A stretch of 64,000 bases of DNA from NCBI GenBank assembly GCA_965153355.1, contig OZ231126.1, forward strand, positions 48,546,001-48,610,000, in the 5' to 3' direction. Under the pieces are notes generated by a model. The model was not told the DNA's origin, did no database searches, and saw nothing but the letters and a program-made list of their open reading frames with translations. The position numbers and the translations under genes were made by a program. The stretch's first letter is position 1. Every line of letters begins with the position of its first letter. The stretch comes from Flaccisagitta enflata (lineage: Eukaryota). This document shows positions 20,401 to 32,003 of this stretch, piece after piece.

Positions 20401-20548
20401 GTATTTACGCTGTATTTAAGTCGTGTTTCAGTTGTATTCAAGTTTGCCATTTTAACTTTTATTCGTTCCTTGCTTTTCTCTTTTTATCGTTCAGTAATGA
20501 CGGTGTTCTACGGTTGCAAGTACATTAGTCCAGGTTGTTGAAGAAAGG

Positions 20549-21135
20549 ACTCGGCTTTTCTGGAACAAAGCTTGAAAGTTTGCATACAAGTATTTAAAGT
20601 CATGTAGATCATGATAATGATAGGTGCAGGTCAAAAGAATTTGAGCACCTATCTTAAAAATTCTTTTAAAATTTTTAAAGTCATGCCATCGCCAAACCGC
20701 TAGAGTGAGGGCGATGAAATTTTATGAGCTAAAAAATATGTATTTTGTACATATGCACACCAAATTTCAGCTCTCTAGCTTTATTAGAAGCAGAGATATA
20801 GCCGATTTACTTTTATATATAAAAACTGCATTTTTTTGGAAAACGGGTATTTTTGAGAAAAATACACCCAAAAGTAAATTGGCTATATCTCCGCTTCTGA
20901 TAAAGCTAGAGAGCTGAAATTTGGTATGAACATGTATAAAACACATATTTTTTTGCTCATGAAATTTCATTGCCCTGAGGCAGACGGTTTGGCGGTGGCA
21001 TGGTTTTGAAAATTTTAGATGAATTTTTAGGATAGGTGCTCAAATTTTTTTGACCTGCACCTATTATTATTATGATCTACATAACTTTAAATACTTGTAT
21101 GCAAATTTTCAAGCTTTGTTCCGGAAAAGCCGAGT
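20549..21135. repeat. ~590-bp imperfect palindrome (foldback/MITE-like)
   Basis: ACTCGGCTTTTCTGGAACAAAGCTTGAAA... at the left pairs with ...TTTCAAGCTTTGTTCCGGAAAAGCCGAGT at the right; pairing continues to a short centre near 20820-20870. Confidence 0.85.
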
Positions 21136-21829
21136 TTGCTCAATTTCATGCATCAACATTTCATAGTCAATACATTCCCGCTACCACCGTGAATTAATAC
21201 GTGGACGTTCGAAGAATCTCTTCCCTCAACCATCGTCAAGAGCCAACACCCCCCCCCTCATTCCCCACTTTGTTATGTATTTTGGTGCCCATCAAGGACG
21301 TCCCTTCCCTCGCTTCTTCACTGGCGGCATTTCTGCCGTCTTTGCTTCGCACCGGCCTCCGCCACTATGCGTCGGCTGTCACCGGTTTGCTACGGTGTCA
21401 CCCTTGGGCTGTCATCCTCAAGTTGTCACCCTTTCGGCCTTTGTCTAAAGCTAAGTAAAATGCTTTGTTCACTGCTTAATTACGCTTTAATTACTGCTTT
21501 TTACGATTTGAAGCCTAACGTTCTTTTAAACTTGGTTCATATAAAAAAAAGTGTACGTGGACGACCCGTGGACGTTCGAAGAATCGTTTCCCTCAATAAC
21601 CATCGTCGCGAGCCGCTCCTTGTCGCTCATTCCCCTGTTATGTATTTTGGTGTCAGTCTAAAGCCAATTCGCAAGTTTAGTCAAGATTCATGTTTTCAAT
21701 TTCCTTCCCATACTGAAAACTTGGTTAGCGACGTCAAGGTGATTCCCAATCAAGTCGTCACCTTTTTGTGATATTGTCTTTAAATTGTTATCTACTATGG
21801 TCTCCAAGCCAGGATCTCTACACCACGGT

Positions 21830-21995
21830 TTACGTCACGGGCACTACGTCTCGGGTACTACGTCACGGATACTACGTCTCGGGTACTACGTCAAGGTCTC
21901 TACGTCACAGTCCCAAGGTCTCTACGTCACGGTCTCTACATCACGGTCTCAACGTCACGATCTCTTTAACACGGCGTCTCTGCACGGTCTCTACG
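21830..21995 (+). repeat. ~14-bp tandem repeat (CTACGTCACGGGTA-like)
   Basis: About ten degenerate CTACGTCACGG/CTACGTCTCGG units. Confidence 0.75.
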
Positions 21996-22056
21996 CCACA
22001 ATGTCGACGCCAGAGGAAATCGCTGCCAAGGATGCTGCATTGCTGCTGGGCGATGT

Positions 22057-22440
22057 AAGGGTTAGGGTTAGCGTGAGGTTAGGGTGAGGTTAGGGATAGA
22101 GTGAGGTTAGGGTTAGAGTGAGGTTAGGGTTAGAGTGAGGTTAGGGTTAGTGTGAGGTTAGGGTTAGTGTGAGGTTAGGGTTAGTGTGAGGTTAGGGTTA
22201 GTGTGAGGTTAGGGTTAGTGTGCGGTTAGGGTTAGTGTGAGGTTAGGGTTAGTGTAAAGTTAGGGTTAGTGTGAGGTAAGGGTTAGTGTGAGGTTAAGGG
22301 TTAAGGGTTAGTGTGAGGTTAAGGATTAGTGCGAGGTTAAGGATTAGTGTGAGGTTAAGGGTTAGTGTAAGGTTAGGGTTAGTGTGAGGTTAGGGTTAGT
22401 GTGAGGTTAGGGTTAGTGTGAGGTTAGGGCTAGGTTTGGG
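22057..22440 (+). repeat. Telomere-like 17-bp minisatellite (GGTTAGGGTTAGTGTGA)n
   Basis: About 20 tandem units, each containing TTAGGG. Confidence 0.9.
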
Positions 22441-23458
22441 TCAGTTTCTCATGTAATTCAATGGGAAATTTGCTTTTTATCAATTTCCCATGTTAATCAA
22501 TGGGAATTTGAGGCTTGAGAAACTTGGGGGGGGGACGGATGGACATACGGACAGACAGATGTATGGAAATTCACCTCTGGGTCCTATAGGACATCGGCCC
22601 TTTGGGGCCGCTGCCCAAAAAGCACCCTGTTGTTAGGGAAGTTAATGAACACTTCTTCACGTATTTCTAATCAGGAAAGATGGCCGACCACGCCGACGCC
22701 GACACCGCCAAAGAGCCAATCATTGAGTTATAAATTGGCATCGGGGATGAGCACAGCGCTGGCAGACACGGCATCATCCTCAATACGAATCTCAACAGGA
22801 TCGACAGAAATACGGCGACGACTGCCGTGACAACATCTACGAAGAAAACTTCATGGCAAAGACCCATGACCCATGGACTCCTTGTTGCAACAGTGGTCGT
22901 CGCACCTTTGGTTGCTGCATCATCGGTTGCTGCAACATTAGTCGCTTCAACATCACTCTGTGCCATTGGTTGCTGCAACATAAACTGCCGCAACTTCGGA
23001 TCTGCGCCATCGGTCGCTGCAACATTAACTGCCGCAACTTCGGATGCTACAAGGCCAGTTACGGCGCAATCTCCTTTGCCTTCTACTTCAACCTTTGTTG
23101 CTGCAAAGTTGTCAGTCCAAAGTCCAAACGTCAGTCGCGGTTTCATCATCCTCTACCACAAAGATAATGATGACAACAACGATGATGATGACAATGATGA
23201 CAGTGACGGCTTCTAGTTTATCAACATCTTCATCATGAAATTCTACAACGATGACTACTATACTTCTACGCGTAATACAACGAAGATTGCAAAAACCGTA
23301 AAAAGAGGTTAGCACCCCTACCTACAGCTTATGACAAAAGGATCATTTTGTAGCTTGACACAGTACAAATTACGCCACCGAGACGATTTTTTTATTTCGC
23401 TCCCGTTCTTGAGAAATTCTACCCAAAACATTGGCGGCGGACACCCCCTTGGTGGTAA

Positions 23459-25269
23459 AACAAGGCCAACACCTATAAGTCCCGTGCGAGACTTACTTAC
23501 ATAATCGCCTAATTATTTAAGTACGTTATTTCCTGTAATGATGATGATGACTATAATTACCTATTGACCTATAATTGCCTATAATGACCTATAATTACCT
23601 ATAATTACCTATGATTACCTATAATTACCCATAATCAAATAATGCCCTATAAGTACCTATAAAGACCTGTGATTACCTATAATTACATATGGACCTATAA
23701 TTACCTATAATGAGGTATGATTACCCAAAATTACCCACAATTACCTATAATAACATAATGATCTATAATTACCTATAATGACCTATGATTACCTAAAGTT
23801 ACCTATTATTACCTATAATTACCCATAATCAAATAATGACCTATAAGTACCTATAAAGACCTATGATTACCTATAATTACATATGGACCAATAATTACCT
23901 ATTATGACCTATGATTACCCATAACTACCCATAACTACCTTTATTAACATAATGACCTTTAATGACCTATGATTACCTATAATTAACTGTTATTGCATAA
24001 TGACCTATAATTACCTATAATTACCTACGATTAGCTATAATTACCTAAAATTGAATATTGACCTATAATTACCTATAATTGTCTATTTACATATAATTAC
24101 CTGTAATGACCTATGATTACCTATAATTACCTATTATTACATAATGACCTATGATTACCTTTAATGACCTTTGATTACCTATGATTACCCATAATTTCAT
24201 AATGACCTATGATTACCTATAATTATCTAAAATGACCTATAATTACCTATTATTACATAATGACCTAAAATTACCTATAATGATCTATAATTACCTTTAA
24301 TTACCTATGATTATCTATTATTACATAATGACCTATAATTACCAATAATGACCTATAATGACCTATAATGACCTTATAATGACCTGTAATGACCTATAAT
24401 TATACAATGACCTATAATTACCTGTAATTACCGATATTTACCTATAATCACCTATAATTACCTATAATTACCTATTATCACCTATGATTACATACTGACC
24501 TATGATTACCAATAATGACCTATAATTGCATAATAACCTATAATTACCTATAATGACCTATAATTACATAATGACCTATAATTACCTATAATAACCTACA
24601 ATGACCTATGATTACCTATAATGACCTATATTTCCTGTAATTGCATAGTGACCTTTAATGACCTATAATTACCTATTTAACCAAAATTGCATAATGACCT
24701 ATAATTACCTATAATTATGTGAATAAAAAGTGAAATGACTATATTGACTAAAATGACTAAAATGACTGAGAATGACTTAGAATGACTAAAAATGACTTAA
24801 AATGATGTATAATGACTTATAATGACATAAAATGACTTCGAATGACTTAAAATGACTTAAAATGATGAAAAGGATTATATTGACTAAAATGACAATAATG
24901 ACTTAAAATGACTTGGAATGACTTGAAATGCCTTAAAATCACTTAAAATGACTTAAAATCACTTGAAATGACTTAAAATAACTTTAAATGACATAGAATT
25001 ACTTAAAATGATGAAAAGGACTATATTGACTAAAATGACAATAATGACTTTAAATGACTTAAAATGACTTAGAATGACTTAGAATGACTTAGAATGACTA
25101 AAAATGACTTAGAATGACTTAGAAATAGAATGACTAAAAATGACTAAAAATGACTTAAAGAAATAAAATCAATAAAAAAAGTAAAGCGTGACCAACCGAC
25201 CGACCAACCGACTGACCGACCGACCGACGGACAAAGCGGGTTGTAGAGTCGCGTGCACGCGACTAAAAA
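23459..25269 (-). mobile_element. HINE-like element, family C, with ~1.6 kb internal 10-bp satellite (AATGACCTAT/AATTACCTAT, then AATGACTTAR)
   Basis: Termini AACAAGGCCAACACCTATAAGTC... and ...GAGTCGCGTGCACGCGACTAAAAA match the shorter copies at 13870-14223 and 46203-46466. Confidence 0.7.
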
Positions 25270-26143
25270 TCTGGCTTTTGGAGTGAATATCTTTAAAACG
25301 GAGGCGAAACTCAAAATTCGCCTCAGTGGCGTAAATTATATTGAGATAACCTATTCAATGATACCACACTCGACCATGTGGCTATGGTGACATGAGCTGC
25401 AAGAGGGGGTGCAATACCTTTTCGGTCATCTTCACGTTGTATTCAACGTACGTGTGTACTGCATTGAGCAAAGGAAAAGCTTTTCCGGGTGCTCGTCGCA
25501 AGATTAACAGATCTAGGCCCAAAACCAAAACAAAGATTGCCACCAACGCCGGTGGAAGTGCCTTGCACATCTGCTGCTCCATCTGTTGTATGTCATTCAA
25601 TTCTTCCTCCAGCGCACCCATCAAAGACCCGTTGCCGACGCCGCAACATTTGTCTGTGTTACTGTCGCCAACAGTCCTCGTTCTCTCACAAACATATCAA
25701 AGCGCTGTTGCCAACGCCGCCGTCTTCGACTATGTTACCGTCGCCAATCGCCAATGCCATGGCGGCGCTTCAGGGCCACAAAGAAAGAAACAAACCCAGA
25801 GAACAAGGCGTTTGTATGGACTTATGGCTGCATCTATGTTAGCAATAGCGGTGGAAGATAACTCCGCATTTTTCGGGCCGATCCGTACTCGAGACACGCC
25901 GACCGTATAACAGACTTTGCTTCATCCAAATGTACCTGTTCCCATTGTTATTCGCTGTATTGTTCTTGTCATGACCCGCTCACGAAAAACAATATATGTG
26001 ATGAAACTGAAATATATGTGATGAAATTGAAATTCGGTTTTGCAATTCAGATAGTTAAGGAGGTTGATCTACGCAAATTCACAGCTAGCTAAAAGTATGG
26101 AAAGACTTGATTTGATTGGATCAAGATAGATTGAAAACAGAAA

Positions 26144-26347
26144 AACAAGGCCGGATACACGGCTACCCCAGTCGCGTGCGGGTGGGCAGGGGCCGTAATT
26201 GAGGTCCCCAGATCATTTTGGCAGGAGCAGTGAAGCCAAAAATCCCAAAAACCCAAAAAAAGTAAAGTGTGACGGACGGACGGACGGACCGACGGACCAA
26301 CGGACCGACAAAGCGGGGTGTAGAGTCGCGTAGCACGCAACTAAAAA
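26144..26347 (-). mobile_element. HINE/DINE-1-like element, family B
   Basis: AACAAGGCCGGATACACGGC...(GACG/GACC)n...GAGTCGCGTAGCACGCAACTAAAAA, collinear with 596-774. Confidence 0.65.
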
Positions 26348-27287
26348 CCCGACACGCTTGAGGCGGCAACAGAAATCAAATGGATGCAAACGATGATGGA
26401 GGAATGAGCAAATTAGTTGGGTTAATATTTGGATGGCGTCGGTATGAGAGAGAATTACAGACATGGACTTGCAATGGCTTTTTGATTCTCTTTGTATTTA
26501 CCTTAGGGTGGCCGGAGTGGCACAATGGGTGGCCGGGGTGGCACGAGAGATGGCATTTGCCATCTCTCGTGCCATCCCGGCCACCCGTCGATATTTAATA
26601 AGTACGTTATAACGAACTTGATCCAAATTTTATTCTAATTTATGTTCAACGCACAGTAACCAGGAATCCGTTCTTAGTCGAGGACACGCGACTCTACACC
26701 TTGCCGTATCGGTCGGTAGGTCGGTATGTCAGTCAGTAATATTTCTGAATTCCGAGAGGTTTTCGCATTACTACCCCTGCCCAACTGTCCGCGACTGAAT
26801 TGCCGTGTATTTGGCCTTGTTTCAATCGAAATGAGTGGCCTTGTTTCAATCGATATGAGTGTGAAAACGCGTATTTTAAATGTTGCGGTTAAGCAAGGGT
26901 GTGAAATAGGAGGATACGCCTTGTTCTGGATTATAACACGATTATAATTTCCTACAACAGACAATTCGAGATTTTAGAAAATGATATTTGGGGTAGTGGT
27001 GATGATGATAACGGGCGGAACGATATAATCGGGTGGATGTCGTCGTCGTCGCCTTATTTCACTGCCCCTGTCCATCCCCAATCTACAACCAATTGGCCGC
27101 GTATCCGGCCTTGTTAGAGATTACCTCCATTTCGTTGAGAAGTCAAATGAACGACGAATAATTTCGCAAAGCGAAGAAGGTGATTCTAGTTACCGATTTT
27201 AGAGTCATCCGGCGCGGCACTAAACCCAGAAAAACTAAAAAATGTGAAAGAGGAACAACTGTTTCCCCAATCGGCGGAAGTTAGCAG

Positions 27288-29935
27288 ATGAGTACGACAA
27301 TGACGACGACGTCGGTGGGGTCGCCGTTTTTCCCATCTCTTCGAGGTCTCATCGACCATGGAAACCCTAGCGAAGATTGGTCACTCCTTGACGAAATTCT
27401 GTTTGAGACGTCGCAACGGGTAGCAAGGGATGAAGAGCAGCAACAAATAGCCAACAGTCCAGCACTAGTGGCAATACCGACGCTGACCAGCCTAGGGATA
27501 GGCTCCGGCTCCAACAGGTCGTTATCAGGTTGCTCAGTCATGTCGTAAGCGACACCCCATCCATTATGATTATTCAGGTTTATGGGGCAGCGGCCCAGGA
27601 AGGGCTGAGGACCTATTATCCCATGATGATTAATTCTTTGAATTTCCACAGGACTGGTTGAGGTTTGAGATGTTAGCTTTTAGGTCCGAGGCCTGATTCA
27701 AGCTTTAAAAGGCTTGATCGAGTTTTGAGAAGCCTGATTTTAGGTATGAAAGGCCTCAGATCTATAATTAGGCCTCTCAGAATCTCAGGCTTGTCCACGA
27801 GGCCGGGAGGGGGGGTAACATGAAGAAACAAAATGCCCCACCTGGAATTATAGGTCAACGGCTCCTCCGGGCTGCTGCCCAAAAAGAGCATGAAATTGTG
27901 CATGTGCGGAAGAGCTAAATGTCCGGAACTTAAGTTTATTACTACCTTTCCCTCGAAGCGGTAATCTAAAAAGTTTCTTATCGATAGAATACGAAGTACA
28001 GTCGCTCCTTTGGCGTCAGACATCGAAACCGAAACGGTGAAAGAGGGAATCAAATACTTCTTGTACCTAGACAGCCTCGTCGAAGCCGAGATTGGGTAAA
28101 GAATATGCCAACGAACGCCTCAATACATGCCATACCACATAAAGATCGTGGTACTGTGGTTTGGGAGCTTAGAAAAATAATATTAAGCAAAGTTAACCAA
28201 GTCACTTGCAATCCTATTACATAAAGTAGGAGCGGACACTACCAAGCTACCACAGCCTAGGAAATAACCCAATTTGATGACGGCTTATATAGCTAATATT
28301 GTGACTGGAAAAGAGCTCGATTGAGCAACGATGCGCGATGCGTCTCGTGTCTGCGTTTATTGACTGGCACTTATCAAGTGAGACATAGAAAGGAAGTAGA
28401 TATAAAGGAAGTAGAGGGACAGATTTGGGTGCTTCACATAGCAAAAGTTGCTTATTTCTTTTCATCCTCTTTACCTAATGTGGAGTGGGCAATTTTAGGA
28501 CCCTTACCATTTTTTTTTATCAAAAATTGTTCATCTTCCGTTTTTTAGAAAATTGTTTTTGAGAGCCTAATTTGTATATTGTAGTGGGATAAAAAAGTAT
28601 GCTGATCTTCTCTGAATTAGCTTTTATAAACTTCTGCTCTTTAAAGAATTGTTAACCTGCTTTTTCACAAGCTCTTACGTACTTATGCTCTGATATTTTG
28701 ATTCATTTTCACAAAAATCGTGGTTTTCTAAAACTAACAATTATTCCTTTTGTAACAAAACTACACAGGATTTTGCTGGATTCTGGGAAATCTGAGTAAA
28801 CTTTAAGGCCAAAACAAAAACAGAAGATGAAGGAATTTTGAGAAAAGGAAAATGGTCATCTTCATGATTTTTTTCACTCCATATTGGGATAGCGGGAAGA
28901 GAAAAAAATCAAATTTTTTGCTATGCGAAGCACGCAAGGGACAGATGGATGGACGGATAGACGGGCGGACAGGAATAAGTTGGCTCAGTCCCATTTCGCT
29001 TAACAACCGTTACAAGTCGAGCCTGATGTTTTAATCACAAAAATACACGATAATCAGAAGTAAGTCTGATTTAATGATTTTCGTAAACACTTAGTTCCAG
29101 TAACCAGGATAAAGGTGTCGAACAAGACGGTGACCTCGGACGCGAAGACGCATTATCTGACGGCAATCAATCGGATGCGACGATCGCAGCGGAGATGGAC
29201 GATTCTGGTATCAGCTTGGCATTCGTCGACGAAGTAAAGGGCAAAGCGGAGGAGGGGCACTTGGGAATCAACGATGAAGGCGATAACGAAGAAAATGCCG
29301 AAGCAACGAGAGACGAGGCCTTTCATTTTTATACGGTTGGGGATGACGTTGATCCCGTGGCCGTGGACAGCGTCTTGGCAATCTCGACAAGCGTAATGGA
29401 CACCGTAAAAGGAGGATATGAATTGAACCGCAACGACAACAACAACGTCGACACCGGGGGGCGCATGAAGGAAAAGCTGGAGGATCCAAACGACAAATCA
29501 GGCAGTTTCGTTACAAGACATGACTCGGCGCAGATCGAGACGGAAATGGCAAAATTTCTTCCATCCAAAGAAAGTGAAAATTGGAAAGAAATCATCGACG
29601 AAGGCAACGCAAATTTGACGGGGGAGTCTGAATGGGGAAAAGAATCTAGCCAAGGAATAGATGAAGACAATAACGCCAATCGGTGAAACTTAGCTATTTC
29701 CGTCTCATTCATTGATCAATGCCGTCGTAAACACTCGTAAGAACCCGTCAAGTCAGGCGCAGAAACGAAATTATGGCATCTGAATAATAAGTGAATTTTT
29801 ATCCTTACTTGCAGAATTGAGATCGGCGCTGGCGAAGACGCGAAGCTGATCGCGACAGCATCTAACGTTTTGTTGACTGACGATCAGCAATCTCACGGCA
29901 ATCTACTGTGCTGCCTATGCAATTGGTCAGCATGA
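27288..29935 (+). CDS. Uncharacterised acidic, probably disordered protein (~357 aa) with Cys-rich C-terminus; exons 27288-27544, 27988-28095, 29095-29682, 29815-29935
   Basis: Four GC-richer blocks bounded by GT/AG join through three phase-2 introns into one open frame (1074 nt) ending ...HGNLLCCLCNWSA*. The ATG directly follows 'ttagcag', so an upstream exon is possible. No domain recognised. Confidence 0.65.
28425..28937. mobile_element. MITE with 9-bp TSD (Mutator-like by TSD length)
   Basis: TIR TTGGGTGCTTCACATAGCAAAA / TTTTGCTATGCGAAGCACGCAA; perfect 9-bp TSD GGGACAGAT. Confidence 0.8.
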
Positions 29936-30281
29936 TCAGCACAAATGTTCTCAGAAAGTAGACTTGTCGGTCCACCAAAAATTGTCTCCGCGAACCTGTC
30001 ATGGAACATGCTCATAGTTATCCTGGTAAAGACCGGAGATCTCAGTTACCACTCTAAGGCCCGTCTTCAAAGCTGTAACGTTGGAATTTCGCGCACATAA
30101 CGTTTCTTTTGTTTCATTTTCACCGTGATTCGATTGATACTTTGAGCTTCGAGCTTTGATCGCAATCGACATCTTCTAAATTTATGAAAAACAAACGTAT
30201 ATTTAATTCGAAACATCAATTCCACGTCAACTCTCATGAAGTGATGGCAAACTTCTCCATCCATTTGCTGTGCGTTTTATC

Positions 30282-30674
30282 TAGGACTTGCAATAGTTAA
30301 GGTTTTTATTACACCTAGTTAACTAGCTAAAAAAGTTAAAATTTTTCCCTAATAAAAACAAGACTTAAGCAAAACCGTGACTTTTTTGATACAATTCTTG
30401 CAGAAATCAATACTTTAAAATTTGTTCTATAGTTTTTGGCAAGAAATCTTTGAGTTTCTATATTTGTGTGTTACAATTGTTGACATTTTTCTTTGTGACC
30501 AAAAAAAATTTACCAAAAATCATGTCATTTCAGGGGAAAATAAGTGATTTTTCCCCATATTTCCATTGAAAATTTTAACTGTTTTAACTAGTCAATTTCT
30601 ACTAGTTAAGTATAGGGTTTTTTAGAATTTTAACCAGTTAACTAGCTAGTTAAAGTTAATTATTGCGAGTCCTA
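30282..30674. mobile_element. hAT-like MITE
   Basis: TIR TAGGACTTGCAATA / TATTGCGAGTCCTA; 8-bp TSD GTTTTATC/GTTTTATT; internal TAGTTAA repeats. Confidence 0.7.
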
Positions 30675-31477
30675 GTTTTATTACATTAATACCAAACCAG
30701 GCTATTCCTAGCTTCTCAGGCTACCTGGCCTCACCCATGTTCCTACATATGAATTCTGAATTCGTCGATCCGTTCCCACGATTTAACAAATAAGGAAGAA
30801 ACCAAAATCCGAGTTGTTTTGATGGTTTATTAGATACTTAAAACAAAGAATGAGCATCTTTCCGAGGGCTGGTTTATTATTTCGCCAAGGGACAAGGGAC
30901 ATGAGTCGTGACAACATAGAATGATCACGTATCAACAATCATGAGACAATTTAGTTTGGTTTTAGCGGAGTTTATGACGGAACCCAGGCCAGATACATAG
31001 ATTTAACGAAGAATCATCTTATTCAATATCGCCTTTCGAGTAAGAAGCCAACCGGATAAAAGTAGAAAAGTAAAAGGTAAAAGCTAAGCATGAAAAAAAA
31101 CCATGACTCCACGATTAACTGCCAATTGGTAACACATGCAATTACACAAAAACACGATGGACTTCTCAGTCAGGTTTGTTAAATAGGGGTGATGACTGAT
31201 TTTTAGACCATCACGCTGAGTCAAGGAGGGGCCATGGACTTTAAAACGATCACCGTTTTAGTTTTACTTTTCTCAAACGCAAAGTTTCATCAGAGAGTTC
31301 ATAAAGAATCTTTTTTTGGCGATAGAAATCTAATGCAATGACTGCTCTCTAATGGCAAAGCCCAAGGAGCATATTGATTAAACAAAAAAAAACATTTTTC
31401 TGTTTCATTGAACTTAATATGATTGCCCCAGACACTTTTTTGTGAAGCTTAAAACAGGATGGCAGCATGTAAAAGTA

Positions 31478-31651
31478 CAGTGGAGCTTCACTAGAGCGCA
31501 CCCGCTAAAAAGGTATGCCCGCCTATAAGGCATTCAAATTGCAGTCCCATGAGAAATTTTATAGTTAGTTTTATATTGGTAATAAGGCAGCTTCACTATA
31601 AGGCATAATTTAGCCCAGTCCCCTGAAATGCGCTCTAGTGAAGCCTAACTG
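31478..31651. mobile_element. pogo/Tigger-like MITE
   Basis: TA-CAGTGGAGCTTCACTAGAGCGCA ... TGCGCTCTAGTGAAGCCTAACTG-TA. Confidence 0.7.
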
Positions 31652-32003
31652 TAATTGAAATACAAGAGAAGAAGGATGAAAAGTCGATAACATGGTTACT
31701 ACATTATGCAAATTAGGAGCTAAAGTGGGCTTTTGAAAAAATACGGATGATGACCAAAATTTAAAAAAAAAGAAAAACGGTGTAGAAGAAGAACTTTAAA
31801 ATGAGTGCTAGCGTGACATTCTCGGAGATGAATACTTTGCATAATTGCACAACCAAACTTCTCAGTAATCACTTTCGTTAGCTATGAAGAATGGATCGGA
31901 GTATGGGATGAAATAAAATACAGTAGTTGTTAAAGAATGTAATGTAATACAGCAGAATGAAATTTTGAGAGGGGGGATGGGAGTCCATCGTCGATTTATA
32001 TTT

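Larger units (their letters stand above)
18900..23250 (-). pseudogene. Decayed, locally duplicated coding-like sequence (pseudogene or transposon ORF relic) of unknown family
   Basis: GC-rich codon-like blocks at 18959-19190, 19560-20175, 21200-21440 and 22670-23220 are broken by frameshifts. A motif translating as (K)WGMSDxERxA recurs at about 19570, 21250 and 21610. No intact reading frame could be assembled. Confidence 0.3.

Noticed and set aside
22057-22440. True telomere or chromosome fusion point
   Set aside because: The unit is a 17-mer variant in a single orientation, embedded in dispersed-repeat sequence with normal genes on both sides.
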